Source: Octopus sinensis (taxonomy: Eukaryota). Taken from it: DNA of 64,000 bases. Shown piece after piece: positions 63,431 through 64,000 of the stretch (the stretch's first letter is position 1; every line of letters begins with the position of its first letter). A model generated the notes under the pieces. That model was not told where the DNA came from and searched no databases. It was given only the letters and a program-made list of their open reading frames with translations. Both the position numbers and the translations under genes were made by a program. The stretch spans positions 113,894,001 through 113,958,000 of the forward strand of contig NC_043002.1 of assembly GCF_006345805.1 (NCBI RefSeq). The letters are read 5' to 3'.

Positions 63431-64000
63431 AAATAACATACTCTATAGTTGTATAATTAGGATGTTCAAGACATCTAGATGTGTTTCTAAATGTTTGTTT
63501 TACTTCAGGCTGTTTTACGGCCCAGCTGCAGTTGACAAGCTGATCAATTCAAGTAGTTGGGTAGATATGGTATTAGGCTCAAATATTTTGAGTTCAAATC
63601 TACTGCCAGCATATATTAGTGTATATGAGGCAGTTCACTGAATTCTGAATACTTTAACTCACTTGAATGACCGACTTGCCTCTTCATAGAACATTACTTC
63701 AAATAGACAATCATCCTATGCCAGAAGAAATTTAATTTTCATCTACTTAATACTAGGAAACCAAAGTTTAGTATCAATTCTTGAAAGCTTCCATGACACA
63801 TCCATAATAAAAATTATTCACAACAAAGAGTGTTTAAACATGGTTTATTGAGGATACTCAAAAACAACTCCATATTAAACAAAAATAAATTTATTGCAGG
63901 ACTTCAGTAAATGTTTTTAGATTTCAACATTTTACAATAAGAATGAAACACCTATTCTCTTCTTATGTCTATATTGTACAATGTGAAGTGAATACAAACA

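Overview
AT-rich, repeat-dense eukaryotic DNA. The SINE and LINE families look like those of Octopus; this is an inference from recalled family features, not a database search. No protein-coding gene could be identified. Almost every ORF in the track is an artefact of SINEs, microsatellites or dead retroelements. The only protein-like similarities I can support are transposon remnants: RTE-clade LINE fragments including an RTE-BovB C-terminus, a mariner C-terminus and a possible Helitron N-terminus. The window also holds many tRNA-derived SINE copies (families A-E here, probably overlapping the published octopus OK/OR1/OR2 SINEs), two piggyBac-type MITE families with TTAA duplications, Penelope-like terminal repeats with hammerhead-ribozyme cores, and tandem repeats. 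Unique stretches contain a speculative but phase-consistent set of minus-strand microexons and alternative last exons ending in Val (possible PDZ ligands), a textbook AG|GTAAGT recursive-splice motif, several long hairpins, a 236-bp highly structured insertion with an 11-bp flanking duplication, and a CpG-rich promoter-like island. Most repeat boundaries are approximate.
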